Shown here piece after piece: positions 12,497-27,262 of a stretch of DNA of 64,000 nucleotides. Where the stretch lies: the NCBI RefSeq assembly GCF_006345805.1, contig NC_043018.1:1674001-1738000 (forward strand), given 5' to 3'. Each line of letters begins with the position of its first letter. Position 1 is the first letter of the stretch. Position numbers and translations under genes: made by a program. The notes under the pieces were generated by a model, which ran no database searches, was not told where the DNA came from, and saw nothing but the letters and a program-made list of their open reading frames with translations. Source of the DNA: Octopus sinensis (lineage: Eukaryota).

Positions 12497-12728
12497 TTAT
12501 TTCTTTACTACCCACAAGGGGCTAAACACAGAGGGGACAAACAAGGACAGACAAAGGGATTAAGTCGACTACATCGACCCCAGTGCGTAACTGGTACTTA
12601 ATTTATCGACCCCGAAAGGATGAAAGGCAAAGTCGACCTCGGCGGAATTTGAACTCGGAACGTAACGACAGACGAAATACGGCTACGAATTTCGCCCGGC
12701 GTGCTAACGTTTCTACCAGCTCGCCGCC
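12497..12728 (-). mobile_element. Full-length young SINE family B with 18-bp target-site duplication
   Basis: Intact head and body; TTTGTGAGTCATATATAT at 12479-12496 and 12730-12747. Confidence 0.95.
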
Positions 12729-13119
12729 TTTTGTGAGTCATATATATATTAGCCACGAAGTTAAACAAGCTCAGCTCAGCTCAGGAAAAAAAAATGACAT
12801 ACTTATCGAAGTACGAATGAGATAAAGGCTTTAGTAAAGTTGAGAACAATCTATAATAGTGCACAGGAAACATTTTCATGCAAATTACCAAACGCACATT
12901 CTCAAACATGGAAATTATTACGCACGCACATACACGCTCACGCAAAGATTAAGCTTTGATTGTGAATATGTGGGTATACATCTCTATGTCATGTTTGGGA
13001 ATTTTTTTTGTTTTGTTTAAATGCAAGTATTTTAATACGCGCACACACGTATGTATGTATGTATGTATGTATGTATGTATGTATGTATGTATGTATGTAT
13101 GTATGTATGTATGTATGTA

Positions 13120-13155
<36 letters not shown>

Positions 13156-13252
13156 CATGTATTTATATACAGGAGCAATAATATGTATTTAAAAATCTTG
13201 CACAGATATACATACCAAGAAGCGCTTATACATATATGTGTATATATGTATG

Positions 13253-13285
<33 letters not shown>

Positions 13286-13989
13286 AGTTTTATGCATATA
13301 TATATATATGTGTGTGTGTATGTGGATATGTATATATATATATACATACATGTATATATGTATATATATACATTTATATATTCATATGTATATATATGGG
13401 TGTGTATATATACATATTTACATATATATGTATATATGGGTATATATATAGATATATATGTGTGTGTGTATTATATATATAAATGAAAATGCAATTTGTT
13501 AGACAAGATACATGCACGCTAATGTAACCATTCTTTTTCGCTTTCCTCTCCACCTTCCTACAATCCCCTCCGTTTCTCAGAACACGCACCTGTTTCTCAA
13601 TACTGACCCCCCTCACCACCACCACAACCACCACAACCGCCCACCCACCCACATACCGCCACCGTCCAAATTCTATAACCCACCACCAGCACCACAGTAC
13701 ATTATAGTGATTAAATAGAAATATCTTTCGGTCGTCTTCCGTGTCTTATCATTTACCAATTCCATCTTAGAGACTGTTTCATCTCAATCTATTTCTTTCT
13801 GTATATTTATTTCAGTTTTACCAATTTCTTCTCCTTCTCCCTCCCTGTCTGTCTGTTTGTCCCTCTATCTCGCCTCTCTGCCTTATACATTATATATATA
13901 CATATATGTATATATGTATGTATATATATATATATATATACACGCACACACATACATATATATGTATATATACATATATATGTACCTTC

Positions 13990-14037
<48 letters not shown>

Positions 14038-14948
14038 TCTCTCCAATAGCAATTCTCTTCCTCTTTCACTCTCTCATTATCTATCTCTCTCCTCATCCTT
14101 TTCCCTTCTTTATTTCTTGCATTCTCTCTAAATCTCCCACATGACCACTTCCTCGTTCACCTTTATCATTATTTTCCAGTTTCTCTCTCCCTCCCTCTCT
14201 CTCTTTCTCCTGCTTCCCCTCTTCCTCTTTACCCCTCTCTTTCTCTTTCTCTCTCGTTTTTCCTCTCCCTCTCATGCCTCTCTTTCTCTCATCTTGTTTC
14301 ACACTCACACCCACACAGGTTTCTCACTTGCTGGTATCTCTCTTCTCATACTTTCTGCTCTCTATATCTTTCTCTTTCTCTCTATCCTTCAGTCTCTTTC
14401 TCCCACCCTGTCTGTCTCTCTCTCGCTCACTCTCACTCTATCCACCCCCTGACAGAAGTTCAGATTTAACAAATCAGAACTCATTCACCTAGTCAATCAC
14501 TCAAGCAGATCAATCATCTAATCAATCAATTGCATTAATACAGACGAAGATTTATATCTATAATTTTCATCTATATTTCTTTTTATCTATATTTACATCT
14601 ATCTATTTATCCACCTGTCTATCTGTATACCTTTCGTTCTACCTCTTTATCTATCTACCTCTCTCCATCTATCTATCTACCCATCTATCTATATATACAT
14701 ATATGTGTGTAAATGTACACATATATATGTGCATGCATATATATATGTATGTATGTATACATGTATATATATATATATATATGTGTGTGTAATTTCATAT
14801 ACATATACATACATACAAACATTCGATTGTATGTATGTAAAAACACATACATTACTCCAACCCACGCACTCACACATTCATACGTATTTATATGTACACA
14901 TATATATATATACATATATTTATATTAAATATAATCTCTATATATATG

Positions 14949-15017
<69 letters not shown>

Positions 15018-15035
15018 ATATATATATATCGTATA

Positions 15036-15091
<56 letters not shown>

Positions 15092-15135
15092 GTATATGTA
15101 TATATATATGTATATATTATATGTATATATTATAT

Positions 15136-15178
<43 letters not shown>

Positions 15179-15402
15179 TATGCATACAGAAAGAGAGAGA
15201 GACGGAGTGAGGACGTCAATAGACGTAGAGAAATAGGTAGGAAAATAAATAGATAGATAGATAGCTACAGAGAGAGAGAGACAGAGACAGAGACAGACAT
15301 ACAGACAGACAGCGAGGGAGAGTAGTATAGAGCATCGTTGCAGAGGCTGCTTATTGGAATATCAGATAATGTGGTCAAGCAATTATTAGAAAGTAAATTT
15401 GT

Positions 15403-15590
15403 TCTAAAACTGCTCAAGGTATTCTAATACAATCCGCTTAATGTCATCAATTGGTTATCTTTAAGTAAATAAGTTTGTCCAAATTTATTACAATAATGAT
15501 ATTCCATTTTATTTTTGTATGCATTCGAGAATTGACTCGGGGTTCCAACGGTATAGATCTTGATAACGATGAAGTAAAATATATCAAATT
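15403..15590 (-). mobile_element. Unclassified dispersed repeat with ORF remnant (second copy 11271-11419); may extend to ~16125
   Basis: Two diverged copies share frame ..VG(T/A)P..SNAYKNKM..GQTYL.KDNIK.IV.EYLE.F* and stop position; ORFs 15928-16125 and 15424-15891 are in one frame. Confidence 0.5.
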
Positions 15591-16892
15591 CCATGAAAAG
15601 ATATACCGGTGACTTATCAAAATTACAGTCGCTTCGAGAGAAGGTAAACAAATGCCTGCGGCGAATGCAATTGACTTGGAATGAAAAGAGGAGATAATGT
15701 GCAGGATTCTCCGGAAAGCACAGCCTCTTTCTTGATAATTTCTTTCTGGGGTTTTTACTGTTTTGTCGCAGGAGGTGAGTGTGGAGACAGACCAGAGAAT
15801 AAACGATGCTTTGATCGTATTTGTAGTTTGTCAGTAATAGCGAATTTTGATAAAGCAATGACAAGGAAGATGAACAAACACGTTTAGTCAAAATGGATGC
15901 CTATTAGTGAACGGGGGAGCGGCTAAATTAACAGTCAAATGCCCATCCAGCTACATCAAGTTGTCTTGTAGAATGGAAGGCCGTTTTGAATAATATATGC
16001 TCAGTAATATCTAAAGAGGCGAATTTGTCATTGTTGAAAAATATTCGATCACAGTCCTGCTCAGTCAGAGTTACCTCGGGGTTAACCAACGACGATAAAT
16101 GGTACATTATCGTAACGCTAAACACGTTACCAGCGACAAACCATTAACAAAAACCAGAGGCAACAATACCAACAACAACAAGGAATAACTTTACAGGCTC
16201 AACCACCAGTCCCCTTACCAGCACCGCCACCATGCATACCATCAACAATACTAGGAGCATCAGTATTCAGCGCATCTACCACCACCGACAGCTAAAACTA
16301 GAAACACAACAGCGTCAGAATCAAACAAATCAACCAATGAAAACGATTTAGATTTTTATTAAGCTTCCCCCCGCACCGTTCTGCCTGCACACTAACTAAA
16401 TTTCCCTTCCTCTTCTCCTTATTTCACCCTCCATAAACATACACCACCACCACCACCATCATCTCCATCTACGCCTCTATCTATCACAACGTCATATAAA
16501 ATTCTTCCCATAATTCCAATAAACATACTTATGTACTTACCAAATGTAAACTGGAATAAATACATGTCTTGTAGTATTTCCTCTTGTATTTATTTTTTCC
16601 CCCTTTCTTCCTCAGCCATTTCCATATTCTAATTCCTGTACCTTATTCTCTCTCCAATACCGCCATTTTCCAACAACATCGACTCTTGCATCTTATTCAT
16701 TTTCCAAGCATAGATGTCCATGTCCTCTTTCATTTCATTTGCAGCCATATTTCTGTAATGGCCGCCGTTTGTTTAATATTATTTCATATTTTCTTTTGTT
16801 AGGTTTACGTGCTTCCGCCACCATCGCTTTCACTTCCTACTGCCATTTCACTTTCGCTCCCTCTGTATTTCGCCTTAATCTTTCTCTGTCTC

Positions 16893-16948
<56 letters not shown>

Positions 16949-17278
16949 AGTCGTCCATTCGTTCGTTCATTTTTTCCTTCATTCGTTCATACGATCGTTC
17001 TTGCTTTCGTTTCATAAACCGTTTTTTATGAGGTTTCTTTACAAATTTTTGTTCCACTAATAAAGTGTGTTTGCTTTCTGTTTATAAGCGCTGCTCTTAT
17101 TATTATTATGAATGATGGCGGAGCGACGTCTTTATGTTACTCTTGTTGTTTTTTGTGGTGGAAGTTGTTATTATATTAGTAAGCTTCTTGCTGGTGGCGG
17201 TGGCGATTGAAGTGTTAGTAGTACTAGCTTTATTTGCAAATATTTGAGAAAATGCAGATAATGCGTATGTATAAAGAT

Positions 17279-17310
<32 letters not shown>

Positions 17311-17350
17311 CGTGTGTGTGTATATGTTGTTTTCATATAGACATATGTAT

Positions 17351-17407
<57 letters not shown>

Positions 17408-17481
17408 CTATATACATGTATCTATATATGTATATATATACGTATATTTATATCTATATATGCATACCTATCTATCTATCA

Positions 17482-17519
<38 letters not shown>

Positions 17520-17585
17520 CTATATATGTATATATATACATATATTTATATCTATATATGCATACCTATCTATCTATCAGTGTGC

Positions 17586-17625
<40 letters not shown>

Positions 17626-17641
17626 GTACATAGAGAGATAC

Positions 17642-17685
<44 letters not shown>

Positions 17686-18193
17686 ATACATACTTACGTG
17701 CTTACATGAATATCTCTATCTATATCTATATATATATGTATGTGTGCATGTATATGTGTGTGTGAATAGTGTGAGTGTGTGTTTGTGTATACACACATCT
17801 GTGCATGCATATATATCTGTTTGCGTTTGTATGGTTGTAAGTACCTACTTCTAAACGCACGCGAACACAGGGAAAGAGAGAAAGAGAGATGAGAGCGAGA
17901 GACTGACAGACAGACAGATAGAGATGGAGCTAGTGATAGAACGGGAGAGAGAGAGAGCGAGAGAGAGAGAGTTGAGGGGTGAGAAGGAACATACAATGTG
18001 TAGGTGTTTTTGTACATATATAATTTTATCATGCACAAATATATATATATTCGTATTCCTATGGAAATAGCAAAAATCGTGTGTATATGCACGAATAATA
18101 CACTTTCATAAACTTCAGCACTGTATGGAGGAGTTCGCGTGACACGGTCTGTCTCTTTCTCCCAACCTTTCTCTCTCTCTTTCTCCCAACCTT

Positions 18194-18236
<43 letters not shown>

Positions 18237-18544
18237 CTTTCCCTCTATATACCTATCTAGCTTTAGCACTCTCATTATCAGTCACATACGAACACATATA
18301 ATTAGATATGTAGATTAGAAGAATTACCATTAAATTTGTCTTCATACATGTTCAAATGTACTTTACATACATACAAGCGAATGCAGTTAAGAATATGTAG
18401 TTATATGCATGTGGAGATATATATATTTATATATATATATATATGTACAAATCTTTGCAGATTTGCAGTTTCCCTGTCATGTATTTAAATATGTGCGTGT
18501 CTAAATGTAATTATAAAGTTGTATAAGCAAAGGCATATACATAC

Positions 18545-18575
<31 letters not shown>

Positions 18576-19260
18576 TTAAGCAAAGGCATATACATACATA
18601 CATACATATATATATATATGTATAATATATATATATATATGTATATGTATATATGTATATGTTCATATTCATCCATTTCTACAATTGATTTTGATAGACA
18701 GATAGATGGATAAATACATGTTTCCAATTTAATCACACTATACAGAAACGCAAATATATGACCAAGTACGCATATTTTTGTATATAATAAATAAAAGAAC
18801 CACATACGACGATATACATTCACTCGTATATTTATACATACGAACACACATACACTCAAGCACATAATGCCATTATTTATATTATTCAAATTCAACGGAT
18901 ATCTGTCTTCATCATTTTTGCTGTTAACACTGTGAGGACAAAATTCATTGAATATAAATAATGTAAATAATGTAAATAATGTGCATAGTTCCTCATCTCT
19001 TAAATATAGAACTACATAAAGCCATATCTTATGCCTGACAACATGCATATATACATCCTCTACATACATTCATATATACGTACATATATGCGTGCATACA
19101 TATATACATACATAGATACAGACTATATGTGTATATATATATTTATAAACATATGTATGATTTGATTTTGATTTTTCCAGTTTCAGCTAATGAGCTGTGG
19201 CCATGCTGGGGCACCGCCATTTATATATATATTCTCTGTCTTTTACTTGTTTCAGCGTGC

Positions 19261-19298
<38 letters not shown>

Positions 19299-20535
19299 TT
19301 ATATATATATTATTATATATATATATATATATATACATATATATATGTACGTATGTATACATACACATATATTGTATGTTTGTGCGTGTATATATATATA
19401 TATATATATTATATATATTATATATATATATATGGATGTATACATACATACTTGTATGCACGCATATATTCCTGCTTTCCGAGGTATATATATTTGAAAA
19501 CATGGCGTATTTATTGATCGATATATAAGATTGTAACATATATGTAATCCCGCACACACAAACAAACACACTCGCACTCAATTGCACATATACATACACA
19601 CGTATAAATATATCATCGTGTTATACATACATATGTGTGCGTGTGTATTTGTGTGTGTGCGTGCGTGTGTATGCCTATATATATATATATATATTATATA
19701 TATATATATATATATGTATGTATATTTGTATGTATGTATGACTGTATAAATTTATGCTTATTAGACCCTGAAATCCATATCTCTCCCACATTTGTATCTG
19801 AATGAGAAGATGCCACTAAACTATATTTTGAAACCTCTCAACGTATATACACCCACATAGATATACACCGCCGAACAATATTTCAGATCTCACACACTCA
19901 TGAACACACGGATGTACATATGCGAAAGTATAATATATACGATACATACATTTATATCCATATATATATATATATATATGTTTATATGCATTCACTCACA
20001 CATATATTTTCACATATGCATTATATTTGAATCAATATAGACATAACTATATACACGCACATGTATATATATATATATTTATATGTATATAATATGTATC
20101 TAATCCCAAACAGACTTCTCTTTATTTATCCTTTTCATTCTTAAGTCTTCTTAGGAATATAATATTTTTGTATTCATTTCTATTTTGTAAAACAACTTTT
20201 CAAAAACATCCACAAACAGGACTCATAAAGGAAGGAAAACGAACGGAAACGTCCACCATAGTAAAAATAATATCGCATAGTCGTAACAAAATGGCGGCGA
20301 TGGATGTTCGATGTTGAAGGCATTTAGACATAAAATACTATGTCTGTATTACGACGTCAATTTCTTACAACGTTAGTTTTTTGTCGCAAATATCCATGTT
20401 ATGTCGTTTTTGTTTTTTGTGATAGCTTTGAATTTCTAACTTCGTTATACAATTCTATGAGGCTTATATACATACGAATATATACATCCTTTTAGATTTA
20501 AATGTTACTGCCGTTTCTTTAACTATCCCAGACTT

Positions 20536-20571
<36 letters not shown>

Positions 20572-21119
20572 CTCTCTCTTCCACTTTCTATTTCTTTGAT
20601 CCCTATTTTTACCCTACATTGAAAACATTTGTTGGTAGTGTATTGGATTCCACATTTTGTTTTAATACAGAGGAATGCTAAGAAAAGTTGTTGAGGAATG
20701 CAAAACTTAAAACAGCGAAGCTTCTCGTCTGAATTAAATCAAATTCATTTCAAAAACCCTAAAATTTTAATCTGGTGATACGTGTTTTATCAGTTACGAT
20801 TTCGTTCTGATAATCTCTGTTGACAACATAACATCATCGGCATCACATACTTTCAAAGTATGAGACCGAGAAAGTGTTGAAACCTTAAGGAACTTGGGGA
20901 TGTTATTGTTGCATATCGAATATACATATTTGCATGTTGGCAAATATGTATATTGGGAGATCTGACCTCTCACACTAGCCCTACATTATCATTCTAAAAA
21001 TTGACAGTTACCTCATCAAACTCTCAAAGTTACAAAATAATGCACAATAATGTTTTTTTTAATATGAATAAATAAGTATTACTTTTGACAGAATAATCTT
21101 TTCTACTGGAAGCACATGG

Positions 21120-21246
21120 GGGAAGAGATTAAGTCGAGCACAACGGCCCCAGTGCGTAACTGGTACTTGTTTAATCGACCCCGAAAGGATGAAAGAAAAA
21201 TCGATACCGGCGGAATTTGAACTCAGAACGTAACAGCAGACGAACG
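21120..21246 (-). mobile_element. SINE family B, partial
   Basis: CCCCAGTGCGTAACTGGTACTT..CCGAAAGGATGAAAG..CGGAATTTGAACTCAGAACGTAAC. Confidence 0.85.
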
Positions 21247-22032
21247 TTTGACAGAAGAATGTGAATGCTAAAGAACTAAGCCTACGCATAGATGTAACTA
21301 TAACTCTGCACACAGCATTTAGTGCGCCCAGCTGATTTTCATAGATTTAGTGATAGTTTTAAGTTAATTCATAAATCGGTTACCGTTGTATAGTTAAATT
21401 AAGTTTTCACATCTCTAATCTCTAACAAAATTTTGTATACATCTGTGAAATGCTCCTACCCGAATATAATTACAGAAATACAGTCGTATATCCAGGTGTA
21501 ACCTGAATGTAAAACATCAGTAAAATTAAATAGCATTCAAAAAGAGCAGATGAAGAGTTATCAGACTTTAGTGTATGTAAAACTCAATATCGAGTTAAAT
21601 CTATGCACGTTTAAGACTAGATTCATACAGCACACACACTCGTTCTGCGTTAAAACTAAGTACGCTATAACATTGCTTGCCAAATATATTTGGCTTGGAA
21701 ACGATACGAAAGAAAATCCACTATAAATTCGAATTATGTTGCAAAGATGCAACTGTTACCTATGGGCAACTAAAATCTCAAGATATTGATTCTTATTACA
21801 TGTTTCTTCAAAAGAAAAGATGAAACATTCTTGCTGCGTGTCCATACGACGAAAATCAAACTTATACCTCGTACCACAGAGATTTCCAATTAAATTAAAA
21901 CCGATTGACGAGTCTGAAATAAAATCGATAAATAAAAGCTACATCAGCATGTAGTCACAACTATTCGTGGGTAAAGTTTTGCATGTGACGTAATAAGCAT
22001 GAAGGATTATAAATATTTACAAATTCTTTCAT

Positions 22033-22211
22033 TGTTTTACTTGTTTCAGCCATTTGATTGCGGCCATGATGGTGCACTGCTTTCATAGCTTTAATTGAAC
22101 AAATCGACTCCGGACTTACATTTTAAGTCTAGTACTTATTCTATCGTTCTCTTTTGCCGAACTGCTAGATAGCAGGTACGTAAACACACCAACACAGACA
22201 CAAAGACACAC
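22033..22211 (-). mobile_element. SINE family A, 3' part
   Basis: TTTTACTTGTTTCAGCCATTTGATTGCGGCCATG..AGTACTTATTCTATCG..TTTTGCCGAAC. Confidence 0.8.
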
Positions 22212-22322
22212 CCATAGATATAAGCATACATACATATATATGTACATATATTACTTACATTCATAAATGCACACACACGCGCACATGCACACACACGCAG
22301 GCACACACACATAGAGGCACCC

Positions 22323-22458
22323 ATATCGTCCCTAACATAGCTCTAAGGGTTTAAACAAATCCTTCCGAATCTTTTTTTGCAGGGCTCAGGAAAACCAAAG
22401 GACAGCTGCAAAAAACGCGTGAATCTGATCCTCCAGGAACTTATCAGCACCACCCTTG
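22323..22458 (+). mobile_element. Degenerate copy of the mariner MITE at 8951
   Basis: TCGTCCCTAA..TAAGGGT, GGACAGCTGCAAAAAACGCGTGAATCTGA, CAGGAACTTATCAGCACCACCC. Confidence 0.6.
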
Positions 22459-23316
22459 TGTGTGTATATATATATATATATATACAGAGAGAGAGAGAGA
22501 GAGAGAGTTCGGGTTGAGATATGTGTCGAGCAATTCACTCATGTAAGACGCGGTGTATTAAACCAGGGAATGGGCTAGGTGCAGGATATAACCCACGTAG
22601 TAGTAGTATTATAAGGAAGTAAACATCTACTTCATTTAACGCTTTATAAGACTTATACGCGTTTCGGTTAATTGGATAACGTTGAAACATTATGCAATTT
22701 ATATTAATATACATCCTCAGTGTTTAGCTAAATATTTAGGAGATGTATTAGTAAGATTATGTAATTCTTCAATCAACAATTATGTAATCCTGTCAGGTAA
22801 GCGGCAAAAAATCGAGTTTTATTTAGAAAGCATAAAATACCCCATAAGTTTTCTGCATTTAATTAATACCTATGTATATAGTTTGGATTATCGTCGCAAA
22901 TCGCAGCAATGCTAGAAATTATTTAAATATCGTATATGACAGCCCACTGAAATGGGGTTTTTTTTTACTATGACCATCTGTTCCTCTATAGATGGTTTAT
23001 AATCCTCATTTCGGAAACAATAGTGTTTACTGCAATTAAGTTGTGGTACCATTAAGAGAGATTTATAATTATTCGTTGATTTTATGTTATTTCTTCATTT
23101 TCTGTCGTGCCTGGCGCAAAAAAGACGCACAGGTACATACACAGATAGACACTCACACAAACACACACACAAATTCACACACATTCACATGCATATATAG
23201 AGGCACACATAAATAAATAAATAAATATATATATATGTATTATATTTATGACGTATATATTCACAATATATACGTCATATTTATGTGCATATATATATAT
23301 ATGATGTATGCATGTG

Positions 23317-23358
<42 letters not shown>

Positions 23359-23535
23359 TATGCATGTGTATATATATATATGATGTATGCATGTGTATAT
23401 ATATATATATACATATGTAAATATATAAATATATATATATATATATAATGTATGCATGTATATATATATATATACATATGTAAATATATAAATATATATA
23501 TATGTATATATATACACATACACACACTCACATAT

Positions 23536-23600
<65 letters not shown>

Positions 23601-24250
23601 CATACACACACACATTTACGTCACTTGATATTTCATATTCGATTTCCATATTCCTTCATTCAACACAACCACATTACATAAGTCACTTTCTCGTCTTTGT
23701 TTGGTTCAATCTCTACCCCCCATCTCACCCTTTCTCACACCCTCTTAATCTATCTCTCACTATTAATCACTCTCTCTCTCTCTCTCTCTTTCTCTCATTC
23801 TTTTCTCATCTCGCGTTTTCCCCCACCCCCGTTCATTATGTGTCTGCCTGGTTCACATTATCTTAGTATACATTTCCATATAAATTGCAATGCATATTCA
23901 TGACGAATATGTGTCTGAATATGCGTGTATATATGTGTGTATATGTGTGTAGAATCTGTATACGTCTATGTACGTCTGTTGACGTGTAATTTTATTATCA
24001 GTATGCACGTTTATAGACAGGAAGATATATATAGAGAAAATGGATCAAATTTACAAATACATCATTTATAAGATATATATTATACAATATATATACACAC
24101 ATACAGACACACACATAAATATATATATATGTGTATATATGTGTGTGTGTATATATGTTTGTATGTATTATGTATACGTATTTATATTATTGTGTCTGGG
24201 GAGATATCCATTTATAATATATATTGATATTAATGTGTCTGGAGAAATAT

Positions 24251-24295
<45 letters not shown>

Positions 24296-24432
24296 AGTTA
24301 CATTAAGTTTTCTATTATGACTACACACGGACGTAAGCAACATAAATACAAAAATACAAAAACACACACTGACAAACCCAACAATGCATATACATGTGTG
24401 TGTTTGTGTGTATGTGTCTGTATGAGTGTATA

Positions 24433-24686
24433 CCCCAGGACTTATTCTTTGTAAGCCTAGTACTTTTGCCGAACCGGGGACGTAAACACTCCAGCATCGG
24501 TTATCAAGAGATGTTGGGGGAACAAACACAGACACACACACATAAACATATAGGTATTTACACATATATACGACAGGCTTCTTTCAGTTTCCGTCTACCA
24601 AATCCACTCACAAGGCTTTGGCCCGACGCTATTATAGAAGACACTTGCCCAAGGTGCCACGCAGTGGGACTGAACCCGGAACCACG
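24433..24686 (-). mobile_element. SINE family A, partial
   Basis: AGAAGACACTTGCCCAAGGTGCCACGCAGTGGGACTGAACCCGGAACC matches the A head. Confidence 0.85.
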
Positions 24687-25201
24687 CTCTGAATCATGTC
24701 GTCCATCTTATTCTCCCTTTACCTCATTCCTTTCCTGAATTACTTTCTGCTTCCCCTTTCCTCTCTCTCTCCCTCCGCTCTTTCTCTCTATTCTCTCTCC
24801 CCCTCCCTCTCTTTCTGTGTCTCTCCTTCTGTTCTCTCTCCGTCTGTCTGTCTCTCTCTTTCTCTCTCTCTCACTCTCTGCAGGTACAAAATTATAGATC
24901 ATGCCTTCTTCAGACGATGAGACGGAGACTAGTCTAAATAATGCAACTTGGCAAAATTTCAGCCAATTGATTGGTTCTGGAAGTCTCTGAGAATTCCAAG
25001 ACCTGTTCTGCTGAATGTATGTCTATTGCTTTATACTGTGAGAATGTTTATGTATATATATATAAATGTGTGTGCGTGTGACAGTGTGTATATTTGTCTA
25101 GGTTTCTGCATATATATCTACGTGCATATGTATCTCGAACAGAATGCCCTTCTCTTTACCTATTCTGTAATTATTCGAATTATTGCTGTTTGTTCATCTC
25201 C

Positions 25202-25265
<64 letters not shown>

Positions 25266-25646
25266 ATATCTATCTATCTACTTATTTGTCTCTCTAACTA
25301 AATACCTACCGCCCCAATTTCTCTCTTTTTCTCTCCCATTCCCTTGGTATTCATCTTTCTCTTAACTTACCTATCTGTCTATCGAACTGCCTATCGCGTA
25401 CCTCAGGCTGTATCTATTCATATTTCTGGTACCTATTCTCTCTCTCTGTATGTATGTATGTATTTATGTATGTATGTATGTATGTATGTATGTATGTATG
25501 TCAGCCGAAATTACTACGATGATCCGGTTCTTGACTGAAGACTGAGGGGTTCGAATGTCCTGTCCATGTTTATTGTATCGTCTTCTATGAGTTATACGTT
25601 CTTGTCCATGTTGTATTTTTCTACATACCTTAATATATATATATGA

Positions 25647-25843
25647 GACGCCATGATAGATCGTTAGCCACTACACACATTTTTTCTCTCCTTGTTTCTC
25701 TCCTTGTTTTTTCTGTGTCCCTTTCTGTAGAAGACCGTAGGCTTGAAACGTAAAAGACTTTTTCTATTCCTGAGCGCTATACTAGTACATCTGTTTGTTT
25801 TGTACACCACCTGTCTTCGTCTTTTGTTTTTTATTTTCGTAAA

Positions 25844-25850
<7 letters not shown>
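25647..25850 (+). mobile_element. Short Penelope-like fragment with hammerhead-like motif, copy 2
   Basis: ~85% identical to 27047-27262. Confidence 0.6.
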
Positions 25851-25883
<33 letters not shown>

Positions 25884-26565
25884 GCCTGTGTTTTAATACA
25901 CATAGACGCACATGTACACACACACACACATGTATATATACGTTTGCATATATTTTTCTATATATACATCTATTTTTGTAACCTCAAATCTACTAATATA
26001 TCTATATATTTAGAGGTTTGTCCTTGTTTCTATCTATATATCGACCAATATGTATATTTATCTAACAACCTACTATATGCAAGCATACCTCATTCTACGT
26101 CGTTAACTGGTTCCAGGAGAGACGGTTTAAGTCGAAAAACGACTTAAGTGCAATTAATTTGTCTCTAGGCTAAGCTAGGTCGTATTTACTTGTCTCTAAT
26201 CTAAACCGATTACAAGCATTCCCAGTTCTGTACTTTATTTATGAATGTATTTTGAATAATAGATGGTAAATAAAAACCTATTTTAACCTCACAAACAAAT
26301 AAGTTTTTATTTTTTAGTACAGTACAGTAAAAAATAATAATCTGAATTTACGAATACAATCTGACAGAGTTTACAGTACATCACATACGCTTTATGTATG
26401 AATACGGTTTGCAACAGGAAATGGTTAGATAAAAGGATAGTTTAAGCTTAAAAATCAAATTCCGTAATTATTATTATTATTATTTTGCAATAGTAAAAAA
26501 AAAAAAAAAATTATTTTAAATTTACCTATACGTACATACAATTTGGTGCTATAAATCGCGAATGT

Positions 26566-26709
26566 ATCGACCCCAGTGCGTAACTCTACTTATTTAATCG
26601 ACCCCGAGAGGATGAAAGGTAAAGTCGACCTCGGCGGAATTTGAACCCAGAACGTAACGGCAGACGAAATTCGCCCGGCTTACTAACGATTCTTGCCAGC
26701 TGGCCGCCC
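26566..26709 (-). mobile_element. SINE family B, 5' part
   Basis: AAAGTCGACCTCGGCGGAATTTGAACCCAGAACGTAACGGCAGACGAAAT. Confidence 0.85.
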
Positions 26710-27046
26710 TATTAATAAACATATATTGAAATAACTTGGATTTGATTAAGTTATACTTTTTTTGTATTGATGGTTGCTAAATCCATCTTTTCCCACCCAG
26801 TTCATTACGGTATTGTTGCATTAGTTGGTCGGTTCTGCGAGATTTTCTCGGTGCTTCACGTCTTGTCACTTGTTTTACATTCTTGCTTATGTGTGTTTCT
26901 CTCTGAACGACATTATTTAATATGTCAATAGTATATGCTGCGCAAACACGCAGAATGATGCTCATACACTTACACACACACCTACATATATACATACACA
27001 CACACACTTGACCCTGTTATCTCCCCTGACCACTGTCCGAAGTCAG

Positions 27047-27262
27047 GACGCCATGATAGATCGTTAGCTCCTACGCGCATTTTTTTCTCTCCTTATTTCT
27101 CTCCTTGTTTTTTTCTGTGTATCTTTCTGTGGAAGAGCGTAGGTTCGAAACGTAAAAGACTTGTTCTATTTCTATTCCTGAGCGCCATACTAATACATTT
27201 GTTTGTTTGTTCTCCACCTGCCTTCGTCTTTTGTTTATTTTTGTAAAACCTTCCCGTTATGT
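27047..27262 (+). mobile_element. Short Penelope-like fragment with hammerhead-like motif, copy 3
   Basis: GACGCCATGATAGATCGTTAGC..GAAGAGCGTAGGTTCGAAACGTAAAAGAC. Confidence 0.6.

Noticed and set aside
25544-25570. CTGAAGA..CGAATGTC hammerhead-like motif
   Set aside because: GAAT instead of GAAA; stems I and II do not pair
26132-26152. Perfect hairpin TTAAGTCG-AAAAA-CGACTTAA as a terminator
   Set aside because: An 8-bp stem is unremarkable in 64 kb and rho-independent terminators are irrelevant in this context
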